Made by a program: the position numbers and the translations under genes. Shown one piece after another: positions 28,498 to 37,226 of a DNA stretch of 64,000 bases (the stretch's first letter is position 1; every line of letters begins with the position of its first letter). The stretch lies in NCBI GenBank assembly GCA_965232515.1, contig CBDDPY010000002.1, positions 2,336,001 through 2,400,000 on the forward strand, written 5' to 3'. Origin of the DNA: Alphaproteobacteria bacterium (GTDB lineage Bacteria > Pseudomonadota > Alphaproteobacteria > GCA-2731375). Under the pieces are notes generated by a model, which saw only the letters and a program-made list of their open reading frames with translations, did not search any database and was not told the origin of the DNA.

Positions 28498-28910
28498 AGT
28501 ATTTGCTCGACACCAATGCAGTGTCGGAATTGAAACGGCCGCAACCAAACCCAGACGTCGTCGGCCGGATTCAGGCGTTAAGCCAAGATGATTGCTTCAT
28601 CAGCGTCTTGACAGTCGGCGAGATCACGCGCGGTGTCGAGAAGCTGCCGGTCAGTCAACGCAAATTGGACCTTGCCGCATGGCTGTCGGCGCTGACAACC
28701 GGCTTCGGCGATCGGATCCTCAACATCGATGCAGATGTCGCGCAAGCTTGGGGCCGCTGCTGTGCCAGATCCGAGTCGAACGGCATCAGCCTGCCAGCCG
28801 TAGACGGATTAATCGCGGCGACCGCGATTTGTCATGGACTTACCGTGGTCACGAGAGATGTCTTGCCCTTCCAAGCCGCAGGCTCACTCACGCTGAATCC
28901 ATGGGATTAG
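28494..28910 (+). CDS. vapC: VapC PIN-domain toxin
   Basis: YLLDTNAVSE, ISVLTVGEI, DGLIAATA, VVTRD; ATGA overlap with the antitoxin. Confidence 0.92.
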   Translation: MKYLLDTNAVSELKRPQPNPDVVGRIQALSQDDCFISVLTVGEITRGVEKLPVSQRKLDLAAWLSALTTGFGDRILNIDADVAQAWGRCCARSESNGISLPAVDGLIAATAICHGLTVVTRDVLPFQAAGSLTLNPWD

Positions 28911-29055
28911 CCCGTTTCGCCTCAAACGCCCCCAACAGCGTCGAGTCTTGTCGCTGTCAGCATTTGTCTCCATCTATGTTGACATGCTGCGTCGTGTCGG
29001 CTTGTCTTTGCGCGGTCGGGCAGCGAGTTGGGATTTATTGCGGAAGGAGAAGTCC

Positions 29056-29526
29056 GTGCTGATATCGCGATGCTTGCTGTTGGTTGCCGGGCTGGCGTTA
29101 GCCGGTTGCGGCAGCGCGCCCACCGATCGCGCCATCAGCGGTGGCGCCATCGGCGCCGCCGGCGGCACGGCCGTGGGCGCGGTGACCGGCCTGACGCTGC
29201 TGCAGGGCGCGGCCATCGGCGCCGTCGCTGGCGCCGCGACAGGCGTACTGACCGATCAAGGCACCATCAATCTCGGCGAGCCGGTCTGGCGCAAGTGGCC
29301 GAATGGCGGCGGCACCCAGACAAGCCACGCCGGCGCCTATTCGAACATGGTGGCCAGCACGCAATCCGGCCTCTCGCGACTGGGTTACGAGCCCGGCCCG
29401 AGCGACGGCGTGATCGGACCGAAGACGCAATCGGCGATCCGCGAATACCAGAACGACCATGGCCTGCCCGTCAACGGGCGTCCCTCGCCCGAGCTCGAGC
29501 GCCACATCCTCGCGCAATTGAATTAG
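29056..29526 (+). CDS. Lipoprotein with glycine-zipper and peptidoglycan-binding (PG_binding_1) domains
   Basis: LAGC lipobox, GGAIGAAGG/GAVAGAATG, QSGLSRLGY.PG..DGVIGPKTQSAIREYQ...GLPVNG; AAGGAG RBS before GTG. Confidence 0.85.
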   Translation: MLISRCLLLVAGLALAGCGSAPTDRAISGGAIGAAGGTAVGAVTGLTLLQGAAIGAVAGAATGVLTDQGTINLGEPVWRKWPNGGGTQTSHAGAYSNMVASTQSGLSRLGYEPGPSDGVIGPKTQSAIREYQNDHGLPVNGRPSPELERHILAQLN

Positions 29527-29567
29527 GCCGGCCGTCTCGAACCCGGCTCGCGGCGTCTGCGCAGCCA

Positions 29568-30329
29568 ATGGCGACGCGTTGGCTCGCCTGCCTGCTGCCG
29601 GCGCTGATCGTTGCCGCCTGCGCGTCGCCGCCAACAAGCCGGCCGACCTCGGATAGCAGCGGCACGCAGGTCGGCAAGCCCTACCGGGTCAACGGCGTAC
29701 GCTACGTGCCGAAGGCGCAGCCGGGCTACGACGCCACCGGCATCGCCTCGTGGTACGGCGGCAAATTCCATGGCCGGCGGACGGCGAGCGGCCAGCGCTA
29801 CGACATGAACGCGATGACGGCGGCGCATCGGACACTGCCGTTCGGCACCAAGGTACGGGTCACGAACCTCCGCAACGATCGGACCGTCGTCCTGACGATC
29901 AATGACCGCGGACCGTTCGCCCGCGGCCGGATCATCGACGTTTCGCGCCGGGCCGCCGAACGCCTGGGCTTCCGCAGCCGCGGCACCACCCGCGTCCGGG
30001 TCCGGATCGTCGGTGGCGAACCGAAGCTGAAATCGGCGGCGATCCGGTCCGCCGCGCCGCCGACACCACCCACGCCGGTTTTCCAGGACGCCCTGAATAG
30101 GGCGCTGGAGCGACCGCGGAACACCGAAACCGTTTGGCGCGATCCGGATACCGCGATCCACGGCGTCATCACGCCGCTGACCAAGCCGGCAGCCGGCAGC
30201 GAGCCGATCTGCCGCAACTACCGCCGTACCGCCGTCAATCGGGCGATCCGGACCACCTATCTCGGCCGGGCCTGCCGACAACCGGACGAGCGCTGGCAGA
30301 TCAGGCGGGAGAAGCAGGTCGACGGCTGA
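29568..30329 (+). CDS. rlpA: RlpA-family lytic transglycosylase lipoprotein with a C-terminal 17-kDa-antigen-like domain
   Basis: VAAC lipobox; GIASWYG..FHGRRTASG, TAAHRTLP, INDRGPF..GRIIDVS; C-terminal WRDPDT...CRNY...GRACRQPD.W. Confidence 0.85.
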   Translation: MATRWLACLLPALIVAACASPPTSRPTSDSSGTQVGKPYRVNGVRYVPKAQPGYDATGIASWYGGKFHGRRTASGQRYDMNAMTAAHRTLPFGTKVRVTNLRNDRTVVLTINDRGPFARGRIIDVSRRAAERLGFRSRGTTRVRVRIVGGEPKLKSAAIRSAAPPTPPTPVFQDALNRALERPRNTETVWRDPDTAIHGVITPLTKPAAGSEPICRNYRRTAVNRAIRTTYLGRACRQPDERWQIRREKQVDG

Positions 30330-30332
30330 CGC

Positions 30333-31724
30333 TCAGTCGCCGCTCGCCGCACGCGCCGCGGCGGCCGACGTCGACGGCGCCGCAATCTCGTCCAACGCCA
30401 GATCCTTTAACGTGCGGGCACCGATGGCGCCCGCCCAGGCCGCGTCAAGCTCGGATATCAGCCCGTCGACCCCCGGTTCCGGCGACAGCTTCGGCGGCGC
30501 GCCGCTGGCCGAAGGATCGGTCAGCCGCACCGCGTCGAGCGCGACCTTCAGGTTGGTGTCCTCGAATGGCCGGCCGGGCACCAGTTCCGGCGGATCGGCA
30601 TCGGTGCGGGTCAACAGACCATGGTCGACCAGCGCGGCCAACACCTCGTCGACGGTCTCGATCGGTGCGTTCAGGCGCTGCGCCAGATGTTCCGATGTCC
30701 ATGGCGTCTCGCCGCGATAGTGATGCTGGCCGACGAGATGCAGGATCAGCAGCGCCAGCTGCTCGCGGTAACGGTTGGCCGGCCGAACGCTGTCGCCCCG
30801 TGACGTGACCAGTTCCGGCTTCTGGTGATAGCAGGCGACGCTGGCGCCCAGCAGCAGGACGAGCCAGCCGGCGTAGAGCCAGATCATGAAAATGATCAGC
30901 GTCGCGAACGCCGAATAGATCGCCGCGTAGTTCGTGGACGTGACCACGAAGGCGGCGAAAGCCCAGCCCAGCAGCTTCCACATGAAGCCGGCGACCAGCG
31001 CGCCGACGAAGGCCGACTGCACCCGCACCTTGGTGTTCGGCACGAACACGTAGATGAAGGTGAAGGCGGCGACCAGCAGCAGATAGGGCACGATCGTGCC
31101 AACGATGTTGAACAAGGTCCCCAGCGGTTCGATGGTGGCCAACCGTTCCACCACCGGCGCCGCCCGCAACGACGCCGACAAGCCGACCGACGCGAAGACC
31201 AGCACCGGCCCGATCAGGATCACGCTCAGATAGTCGCTGAAGCGCTTGGCGAACGAGCGGTGCTGGGTGACATGCCAGGAGAAATTGAAGGCCCGCTCGA
31301 TCTTCTGCATCAGCGTCACGACCGTGTAGACGAGCAGACCGAGGCCGACGGAACCCAGCACGCCGACCTTGGCGTTGTCGACGAACTCGATGATGCGCGC
31401 GCTGATCTCAACGCCCTTCTCGCCGAGCGGCGCCATCAGGTTGAGCAGCACGGGCTCGAGTTGATTGTGGACGCCGAAGCCTTTCAGGACCGAGAAGCTG
31501 ATCGCCAGCATCGGCACCAGAGAGAGCAGTGTCGTATAGACCAGTGACATGGCCTGAAGATTCAATTGGCCGTTCGCGAGATCGCGTCCGATGGCGACGC
31601 TGATTCGCATGCCGTGAACCAGCCAGCGCTTCCACGCCGGCACCGTCGCCGGATCTACGTTCCAGACCGTATTGTCGAAGCCGCGTTTCAAGTCTTGCGG
31701 CGCCGTGCGCAAATCGATCGCCAT
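30333..31724 (-). CDS. YihY/BrkB family membrane protein with C-terminal wHTH-like extension
   Basis: AMSLVYTTLLSLVP, IERAFN.W, IYSAFA, WLYAGWLVLLLGA. Confidence 0.9.
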   Translation of the reverse strand: MAIDLRTAPQDLKRGFDNTVWNVDPATVPAWKRWLVHGMRISVAIGRDLANGQLNLQAMSLVYTTLLSLVPMLAISFSVLKGFGVHNQLEPVLLNLMAPLGEKGVEISARIIEFVDNAKVGVLGSVGLGLLVYTVVTLMQKIERAFNFSWHVTQHRSFAKRFSDYLSVILIGPVLVFASVGLSASLRAAPVVERLATIEPLGTLFNIVGTIVPYLLLVAAFTFIYVFVPNTKVRVQSAFVGALVAGFMWKLLGWAFAAFVVTSTNYAAIYSAFATLIIFMIWLYAGWLVLLLGASVACYHQKPELVTSRGDSVRPANRYREQLALLILHLVGQHHYRGETPWTSEHLAQRLNAPIETVDEVLAALVDHGLLTRTDADPPELVPGRPFEDTNLKVALDAVRLTDPSASGAPPKLSPEPGVDGLISELDAAWAGAIGARTLKDLALDEIAAPSTSAAAARAASGD

Positions 31725-31941
31725 ATCGGACCTACCTGGTCGGTTGACGCGGCCCCCTGACCCAACCTCCCCCTAAGGTTGCCACCGGACGGCGGAATGC
31801 AAAAGCGTTCCGTGCAGCGGCCGATCGCGGCGGCGATGGTGGTCCGTCCACGCAAATGTCGCACCGATCACGAAAATGACTCCGGTCGACGCCATCATGT
31901 CGTGGTTAGTTGTTCGTTGAACGTTCAGTCGGGACGTCGGC

Positions 31942-32103
31942 ATGCTTGACGCCATCATTGCCGTGACCCTTCTGTGCGGGTTGCTGATCGTGGTCGCGCT
32001 CTGGATCAGTACCCGACAGTCCCGTAATGCCCGCAAGCAATCGCAATTGGCCGACGCGTTCTACCGCGCCCGCCAGCAGCGGCAAAGCGACCGTTTTCAG
32101 TAG
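31942..32103 (+). CDS. 53-aa single-TM microprotein (paralog of 33255..33419)
   Basis: Below the ORF-track cut-off; MLDAIIAVTLLCGLLIVVALWISTRQSRNARKQSQLADAFYRARQQRQSDRFQ. Confidence 0.65.
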   Translation: MLDAIIAVTLLCGLLIVVALWISTRQSRNARKQSQLADAFYRARQQRQSDRFQ

Positions 32104-32186
32104 TCCACCACCGCTCCATTCCGGCAAAAAGCCACCATTGCGGCCTGTCGCGCATGGCATACTGCGCTTTTTGCGGGAGGAACGAC

Positions 32187-32948
32187 ATGGATCTCGAACT
32201 GACGGGCAAGAAGGCCCTGGTGACCGGTGGATCGCGGGGTATCGGCCGTGCGATTGCCGAGCGGCTGGCCGACGAAGGCTGCGACGTGGCGATCTGCGCC
32301 CGGGACCGGCGACAAGTCGACGCGGCGGTGACGGCACTGGCGGCCAAGGGCGTCCGCGCGGTCGGCGCGTCGGTCGACGTGGCGGACGGCGACACGCTGC
32401 AAGGTTGGGTGGCACAGACGGCCGAACAGCTTGGCGGAATCGATATCCTGGTGCCGAACGTCAGCGCGCTGGCCACCACACCCGGCGAAGAGGCTTGGCG
32501 GCGCGGTTTCGAAATCGACATCATGGGAACCGTGCGGTCCGTCGAGGCGGCCCTGCCGTTCCTTGAGCGTTCCACCGGCGGCGCCATCGTCGCCATCGCC
32601 ACGACCGCCGCGCTGGAATTCTTCGGCGGCATTCGGCCCTACAATTCGGTCAAGGCCGCGGTGATCAACTATATCGCCAATCAAGCCGTGGCGCTGGCGC
32701 CGCAAGGCATCCGAGCCAACACGGTGTCGCCCGGCACGATCTATTTCGAAGGCGGTGTCTGGGCCAATCGCGAGACCGAGGCGCCGGACATCTTCCAGAC
32801 CGCGCTGTCCCGCAACCCGACCGGGCGCATGGGCAAACCCGAGGAAGTCGCCAATGCCGTCGCCTTCCTCGCCAGCCCTGCCGCCAGCTTCATCACCGGC
32901 GCCAACCTGGTCGTCGACGGCGCGCTGACACAGCGGGTGCAGTATTGA
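32187..32948 (+). CDS. Short-chain dehydrogenase/reductase
   Basis: TGGSRGIG, YNSVK, VSPGTIYFEGG.W, VDGA; GGAGG RBS. Confidence 0.93.
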   Translation: MDLELTGKKALVTGGSRGIGRAIAERLADEGCDVAICARDRRQVDAAVTALAAKGVRAVGASVDVADGDTLQGWVAQTAEQLGGIDILVPNVSALATTPGEEAWRRGFEIDIMGTVRSVEAALPFLERSTGGAIVAIATTAALEFFGGIRPYNSVKAAVINYIANQAVALAPQGIRANTVSPGTIYFEGGVWANRETEAPDIFQTALSRNPTGRMGKPEEVANAVAFLASPAASFITGANLVVDGALTQRVQY

Positions 32949-33254
32949 TGCGCGCCTGACCGGGACCCCGAATCGTCTGTGGCAATGCTGTGACATGCAA
33001 GGGCGCGGCCAATGGCGCATCTGAAGGGCCTGATGCGCCCCGGCCGCCGCCCATCAGGCTTCGGTCGGCAATCCGAAATTGAACGTTAAAGGAATCCAAT
33101 CCCTTGCGGTTCGTCGTCGTCATAAAACTTAAACAAGTAGCACTTTCAAAAGTTGTAAAAACAATACCAGATTTCGTTGCCACTGAATCGACACCACCAA
33201 GATGATCGCCTCTGTGCTATCCGCATAGTCGTTCTCAAGCTGCGGATAACCGGA

Positions 33255-33419
33255 ATGTTCAACAGTCTTCTCTTCGCCAGTTTACTTGTTCTTGCCGTGG
33301 TCGGATTTGCGATGGCGGTGCATAGTCACCAGGTCAAACAGGCCAGGAAACAAGATCACCTGAGCGCCGCGTTTCGGCGGGCGCAGCAGCGTCGCCTGCG
33401 ATACAACTTCGACTACTGA
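33255..33419 (+). CDS. 54-aa single-TM microprotein (paralog of 31942..32103)
   Basis: MFNSLLFASLLVLAVVGFAMAVHSHQVKQARKQDHLSAAFRRAQQRRLRYNFDY. Confidence 0.65.
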   Translation: MFNSLLFASLLVLAVVGFAMAVHSHQVKQARKQDHLSAAFRRAQQRRLRYNFDY

Positions 33420-33532
33420 CACGCCTAACGGGTGCCGGCCTGCAACTCGCGGGCGTGACAATTTCGCCGGCTGTTGCCAAGCAGCAACAGATTCCGGCAA
33501 GCGCCCGGAGTCCAGCCACGATCGCCGGCCGA

Positions 33533-33566
33533 TTAAACCCTTGTTAACGCGTTAACCAGTATTAAC
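33533..33566 (+). promoter_or_regulatory. CtrA-type box plus two additional TTAAC half-sites
   Basis: TTAA-ACCCTTG-TTAAC (33533-33548), then TTAAC at 33552 and 33562. Confidence 0.65.
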
Positions 33567-33789
33567 AGCGGTGGTTCAGGGCCGATTCGCCCGAGACCGG
33601 TTACCGTAGGCAATTTCATTCCGGCGACCGTCATTGAAGGAGGACGATTCCCGAATGCCTGACGCGCCGAAATCGGCGTTGCAAAGGCGTTTTCGATGCT
33701 TTGCTTGCGCAATGAAGGGCATGGCGGTCCTCGGATACGCCGCCCGCAAAACGGGGAGGGACGCAATTACGCAGCGAAAGGAACAACGA

Positions 33790-34098
33790 ATGCGTATCGT
33801 CCCAGTACTTGCCGGCCTGATGGCCATCGTCACCTCGACCCCTGCGCTCGCGGCGTCGTTCTGTGGCGAACGCGATATGGTCATCGACCGTCTCGCCAAG
33901 ATGTATTCCGAGAAAACCGTGGCGCAGGCGCTCACCAGCGACGGCAAGCTGGTCGAAGTGTTGACGTCGTCCGCCAAGGATACCTGGACCATCCTGATCA
34001 CGCTGCCGACCGGCTCGACCTGTGCGCTGGCCGAAGGCCGCCACTGGCATCAGGTCGATGCCGGCGCCGATATGGATTTGGACGAACCCAGCACCTGA
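33790..34098 (+). CDS. Small secreted protein of a conserved alphaproteobacterial type
   Basis: Signal peptide (PALA-A), CGERD..L..MYSE...TWTILIT...C.LAEG.HW with two Cys; AAGGA RBS. Confidence 0.75.
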   Translation: MRIVPVLAGLMAIVTSTPALAASFCGERDMVIDRLAKMYSEKTVAQALTSDGKLVEVLTSSAKDTWTILITLPTGSTCALAEGRHWHQVDAGADMDLDEPST

Positions 34099-34117
34099 CC
34101 GGGCCGCTACGGACGCC

Positions 34118-35458
34118 TTAGCCCGCGTCCAGGGTTTCCCAGAATTTCATTGGCTGGCCGATCGGCGCGCCGACGAGTTCGCCGTCGCGCATCACCGTCT
34201 CGCCGCGGATCACGGTCAGCTTGGGCCAGCCGGTAACGACACGGCCGGCGAACGGCGTCCAGCCGCTTTTCGAGGCCACATGGGCCGCCTCGATCTCGTG
34301 CCGTTCCTTCAGGTCGACCAGCGTATAATCGGCATCGAAGCCGACAGCGATCCGTCCCTTCCCCGCGATACCGAAGATCCGCGCCGCGCCGGCGCTGGTC
34401 AGATCGACCAACCGCAGTAGCGTCAGACGCCCGGCCGCGACGTGGTCGAGCATGATCGGCAGCAGGCTCTGTACGCCCGGCATGCCGCTGGGGCTCGCCG
34501 GATAGGGCTGCGACTTTTCCGCCATCGTGTGCGGCGCATGATCTGATCCGACGACATCGACGATGCCGGCCTGCAGCGCTTTCCAGAGACCGTCGCGATG
34601 CCGGGCCTCGCGGACCGGCGGATTCATCTGCGCCAGCGTGCCGAGCTCTTGGTAACAGTCCGGGGCCACCAGCGTCAGATGCTGCGGCGTCACCTCGACC
34701 GTCGCAAAATCCTTGTGCTGCGCCAGCAGGTCCATTTCGTCGGCCGTGGTGATGTGCAGCACATGCACGCGGCGACGCGTTTCCTGGGCAATCCGCAACA
34801 CGCGTCGCGTGGCATTCACGGCCGTCTCGACATCGCGCCATTCCGGATGCGCGCGGGGATCGGCCGCTTCCTCGGCGATCGCCTTGCGGCTGATCAGACG
34901 TTGCTCATCCTCGGCGTGCACCGCACAGCGCCGCCGGATCGACCTGAAAACACGGATCAACGTCTCGTCATCCGGCACCAGCAGCGTGCCGGTCGACGAG
35001 CCCATGAAGATCTTCACGCCACAGCAGCCCGGCAGGCGCTCCAGTTCGCCGAGTTCGTCGGCGTTCTCGGCGCAGGCGCCGACGTAAAAGGCATGATCGC
35101 ACCACATGCGGCCCGCCGCCCGTTCCAACTTGTCCGCCAACGCCTCGGGCGTCGTGGTGTTTGGGTTGGTGTTCGGCATCTCGAACACCGCCGTGACGCC
35201 GCCCAGGACCGCACCGCGGCTGCCGGACTCCAGATCCTCCTTATGATCGGCGCCGGGCTCGCGAAAATGCACCTGGCTGTCGATGACGCCCGGCAGGACA
35301 TGCAGGCCGCTGGCCGCGATTTCCTGATCGGCCGAGGCCTGCGACAGATCGCCGATCGCCATGGTCTTGCCGGCGCGTACGCCGATATCGGCCTCGGCGA
35401 TGCCGTCCTGCGAAACGACGGTGCCGCCCCGGATGATCAGATCAAAAGTCGCGGTCAT
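34118..35458 (-). CDS. pyrC: Dihydroorotase (multifunctional-complex/allantoinase-like type)
   Basis: PGVIDSQVHFREPG, EMPNT, KIFMGSSTG, HAED, MNPPVR, GSDHAPH. Confidence 0.9.
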   Translation of the reverse strand: MTATFDLIIRGGTVVSQDGIAEADIGVRAGKTMAIGDLSQASADQEIAASGLHVLPGVIDSQVHFREPGADHKEDLESGSRGAVLGGVTAVFEMPNTNPNTTTPEALADKLERAAGRMWCDHAFYVGACAENADELGELERLPGCCGVKIFMGSSTGTLLVPDDETLIRVFRSIRRRCAVHAEDEQRLISRKAIAEEAADPRAHPEWRDVETAVNATRRVLRIAQETRRRVHVLHITTADEMDLLAQHKDFATVEVTPQHLTLVAPDCYQELGTLAQMNPPVREARHRDGLWKALQAGIVDVVGSDHAPHTMAEKSQPYPASPSGMPGVQSLLPIMLDHVAAGRLTLLRLVDLTSAGAARIFGIAGKGRIAVGFDADYTLVDLKERHEIEAAHVASKSGWTPFAGRVVTGWPKLTVIRGETVMRDGELVGAPIGQPMKFWETLDAG

Positions 35459-35465
35459 GAATGAC

Positions 35466-37226
35466 TTACCCCCCTTGTCGGGTTGCCGCCAGGCTGTCGA
35501 ACGTATCTCCGACCGGCGGTTGCCCCAGTATGTGGCGGCGATGCCACAGCGCGTAGAACAGCAGCGACCAGGCGGCAAAGCCCTGGCGCTTGCCCGACGC
35601 CCGGAACACCGCCCGAACACGATCCGGCAACGCAATTTCGGCGACGCCGGGCTGCTGCGCCACCAACTCGCCCAGCACGTCGCCACGATCGTGCAGCCAT
35701 TCGCCGGTCGGCAGCCCGGGTCCCCGGTGCCGCACGAAGGGCTGTATGTCGGACGCCGCGCCATCGAGCCAGCGACGCAACAGATACATGCCCACGCCGC
35801 GCCGAACCTTCAAGCTGTCCGGCAGGCGAAAAGCGATTTCCGTCAGTCGTTCGTCGAGATAGGGGGTCAATCCCTGCATGCCATGCGCCGCCAGCGCGCG
35901 GTCGAGCTTCAGCAGCAGATCATTCGGCAGCCAGGTCGCGCAATCCAACGCCTGCACTTCCTGCAGGCGGCTACGCGGCGCTAGGTTGGCCAGGCTCTCG
36001 GCGGCGCGGATACCGTCGCGCCAGGCGCTGGTCTCGCGCCGCAGCAGCTCCAGCCGGTCGAATCGTCCGCGCGGCCAGGGCGTCCGCGGTCCGCCCAGAT
36101 ACCAGGGCCGCAGCGCCGTGCGATAGCGGCCATAACCGGCGAGCACGACCTCGCAGCCTTCTGCCGTCAGCACAGTGTCCGACTGCTGGCGTGCCCGCTT
36201 GGCAAGCTTGTAGACCGGCAGCGCGGCATAGTCGGCGACCGGATCGTCCAGCACCCCGGCGACCTCGGGCAACAGTTGCCAGAAATCCGCCTCGCCAAAG
36301 CCGACCTCGATCAACTCGGCGCCGGTCGCGGCGGCGACATGGCCGGTATATTCGCGTTCATCGAGCGCATCGATCAGCCGGATGCAAAACGCCAAAGGCG
36401 GCCGATCGGCCAGGCGAGAGGCCATCGCCAGCAAGGCCGCCGACTTCACGCTGGCCGACAGGATCAGCGCCGGCGGTTCGTCGGCCGGCAGGCAGGCCGC
36501 GACGCTCGCCGTCAGCGCGGCCTCGAACCGCTCCAATGCAGTCTCCTCGCGGATATCGTCCGGCCCGGTCTGCGGCAGGGCCTCGCGCCGCCGGCGCTCG
36601 ACGATCCGGCCGCTGGTCACGACCAGCGTTTCACCCGGAAGCAGACGAAACACCCCGGGAAAGATCGTTTCGCGTCCCGTGGTGAACTGTAGCTGCAGCA
36701 GCTCGTCGCGCGGCACCTCGGCGACATCGGCCGCGGCCAGGCCGGCCGCAATCAACGCCTGCGGCTCGGACGCGAAGGCGAAACCGTGCGCGCCTTCGAC
36801 GTAGTAAAGCGACCGCACGCCGAAGACGTCCCGTGCCAGCAGCAACGCCTCCTCCGCCGGATCGAACACGGCGCAGGCAAAGGCGCCGCGCAAGGTGTCG
36901 ACGAACGAGCCGCCATAGCGGCGATAGCGCCGCAACAGGTTGTCGATACCGGCATCGGGCGACTTGTCCACGGCATCGGTCGCCTTGCCGCCAAGTTCCA
37001 GAATGTGCCCGTCGAGCGTCAGCAACAGGCCGTCCGACACCGGTTCGTTCCGGTTCGCGTTCGGTTCGAGGCGGGCGCTGTCGATCTGCACGAAGCCGAC
37101 GCCGCCGTTGACCGAGCGGCGTTCGCTGCCCTGTCCGCGATGGGCCAACGCCGCCGCCAGCCGATCGAGAAGGTCGGGAGCTGGCGGACTGCCATCGGCC
37201 GTCATCAATCCGGCGATGCCGCTCAT
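35466..37226 (-). CDS. Asparagine synthetase (AsnB)-like amidotransferase with degenerate catalytic motifs
   Basis: Fold recognisable (LARDVFGVRSLYY, FASE, LPNDLLLKLDR, PYLD) but MSGIAG, HRGQG, SASVKS and EGCEV replace the canonical motifs. Confidence 0.8.
   Translation of the reverse strand: MSGIAGLMTADGSPPAPDLLDRLAAALAHRGQGSERRSVNGGVGFVQIDSARLEPNANRNEPVSDGLLLTLDGHILELGGKATDAVDKSPDAGIDNLLRRYRRYGGSFVDTLRGAFACAVFDPAEEALLLARDVFGVRSLYYVEGAHGFAFASEPQALIAAGLAAADVAEVPRDELLQLQFTTGRETIFPGVFRLLPGETLVVTSGRIVERRRREALPQTGPDDIREETALERFEAALTASVAACLPADEPPALILSASVKSAALLAMASRLADRPPLAFCIRLIDALDEREYTGHVAAATGAELIEVGFGEADFWQLLPEVAGVLDDPVADYAALPVYKLAKRARQQSDTVLTAEGCEVVLAGYGRYRTALRPWYLGGPRTPWPRGRFDRLELLRRETSAWRDGIRAAESLANLAPRSRLQEVQALDCATWLPNDLLLKLDRALAAHGMQGLTPYLDERLTEIAFRLPDSLKVRRGVGMYLLRRWLDGAASDIQPFVRHRGPGLPTGEWLHDRGDVLGELVAQQPGVAEIALPDRVRAVFRASGKRQGFAAWSLLFYALWHRRHILGQPPVGDTFDSLAATRQGG

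Noticed and set aside
33060-33660. Possible replication origin (AT tract, CtrA boxes, GANTC cluster, TTATCCGCA-like 9-mer at 33241-33249)
   Set aside because: Only one near-consensus DnaA box, none of the usual origin neighbours (hemE, dnaA, parAB), and the region contains a plausible coding gene.
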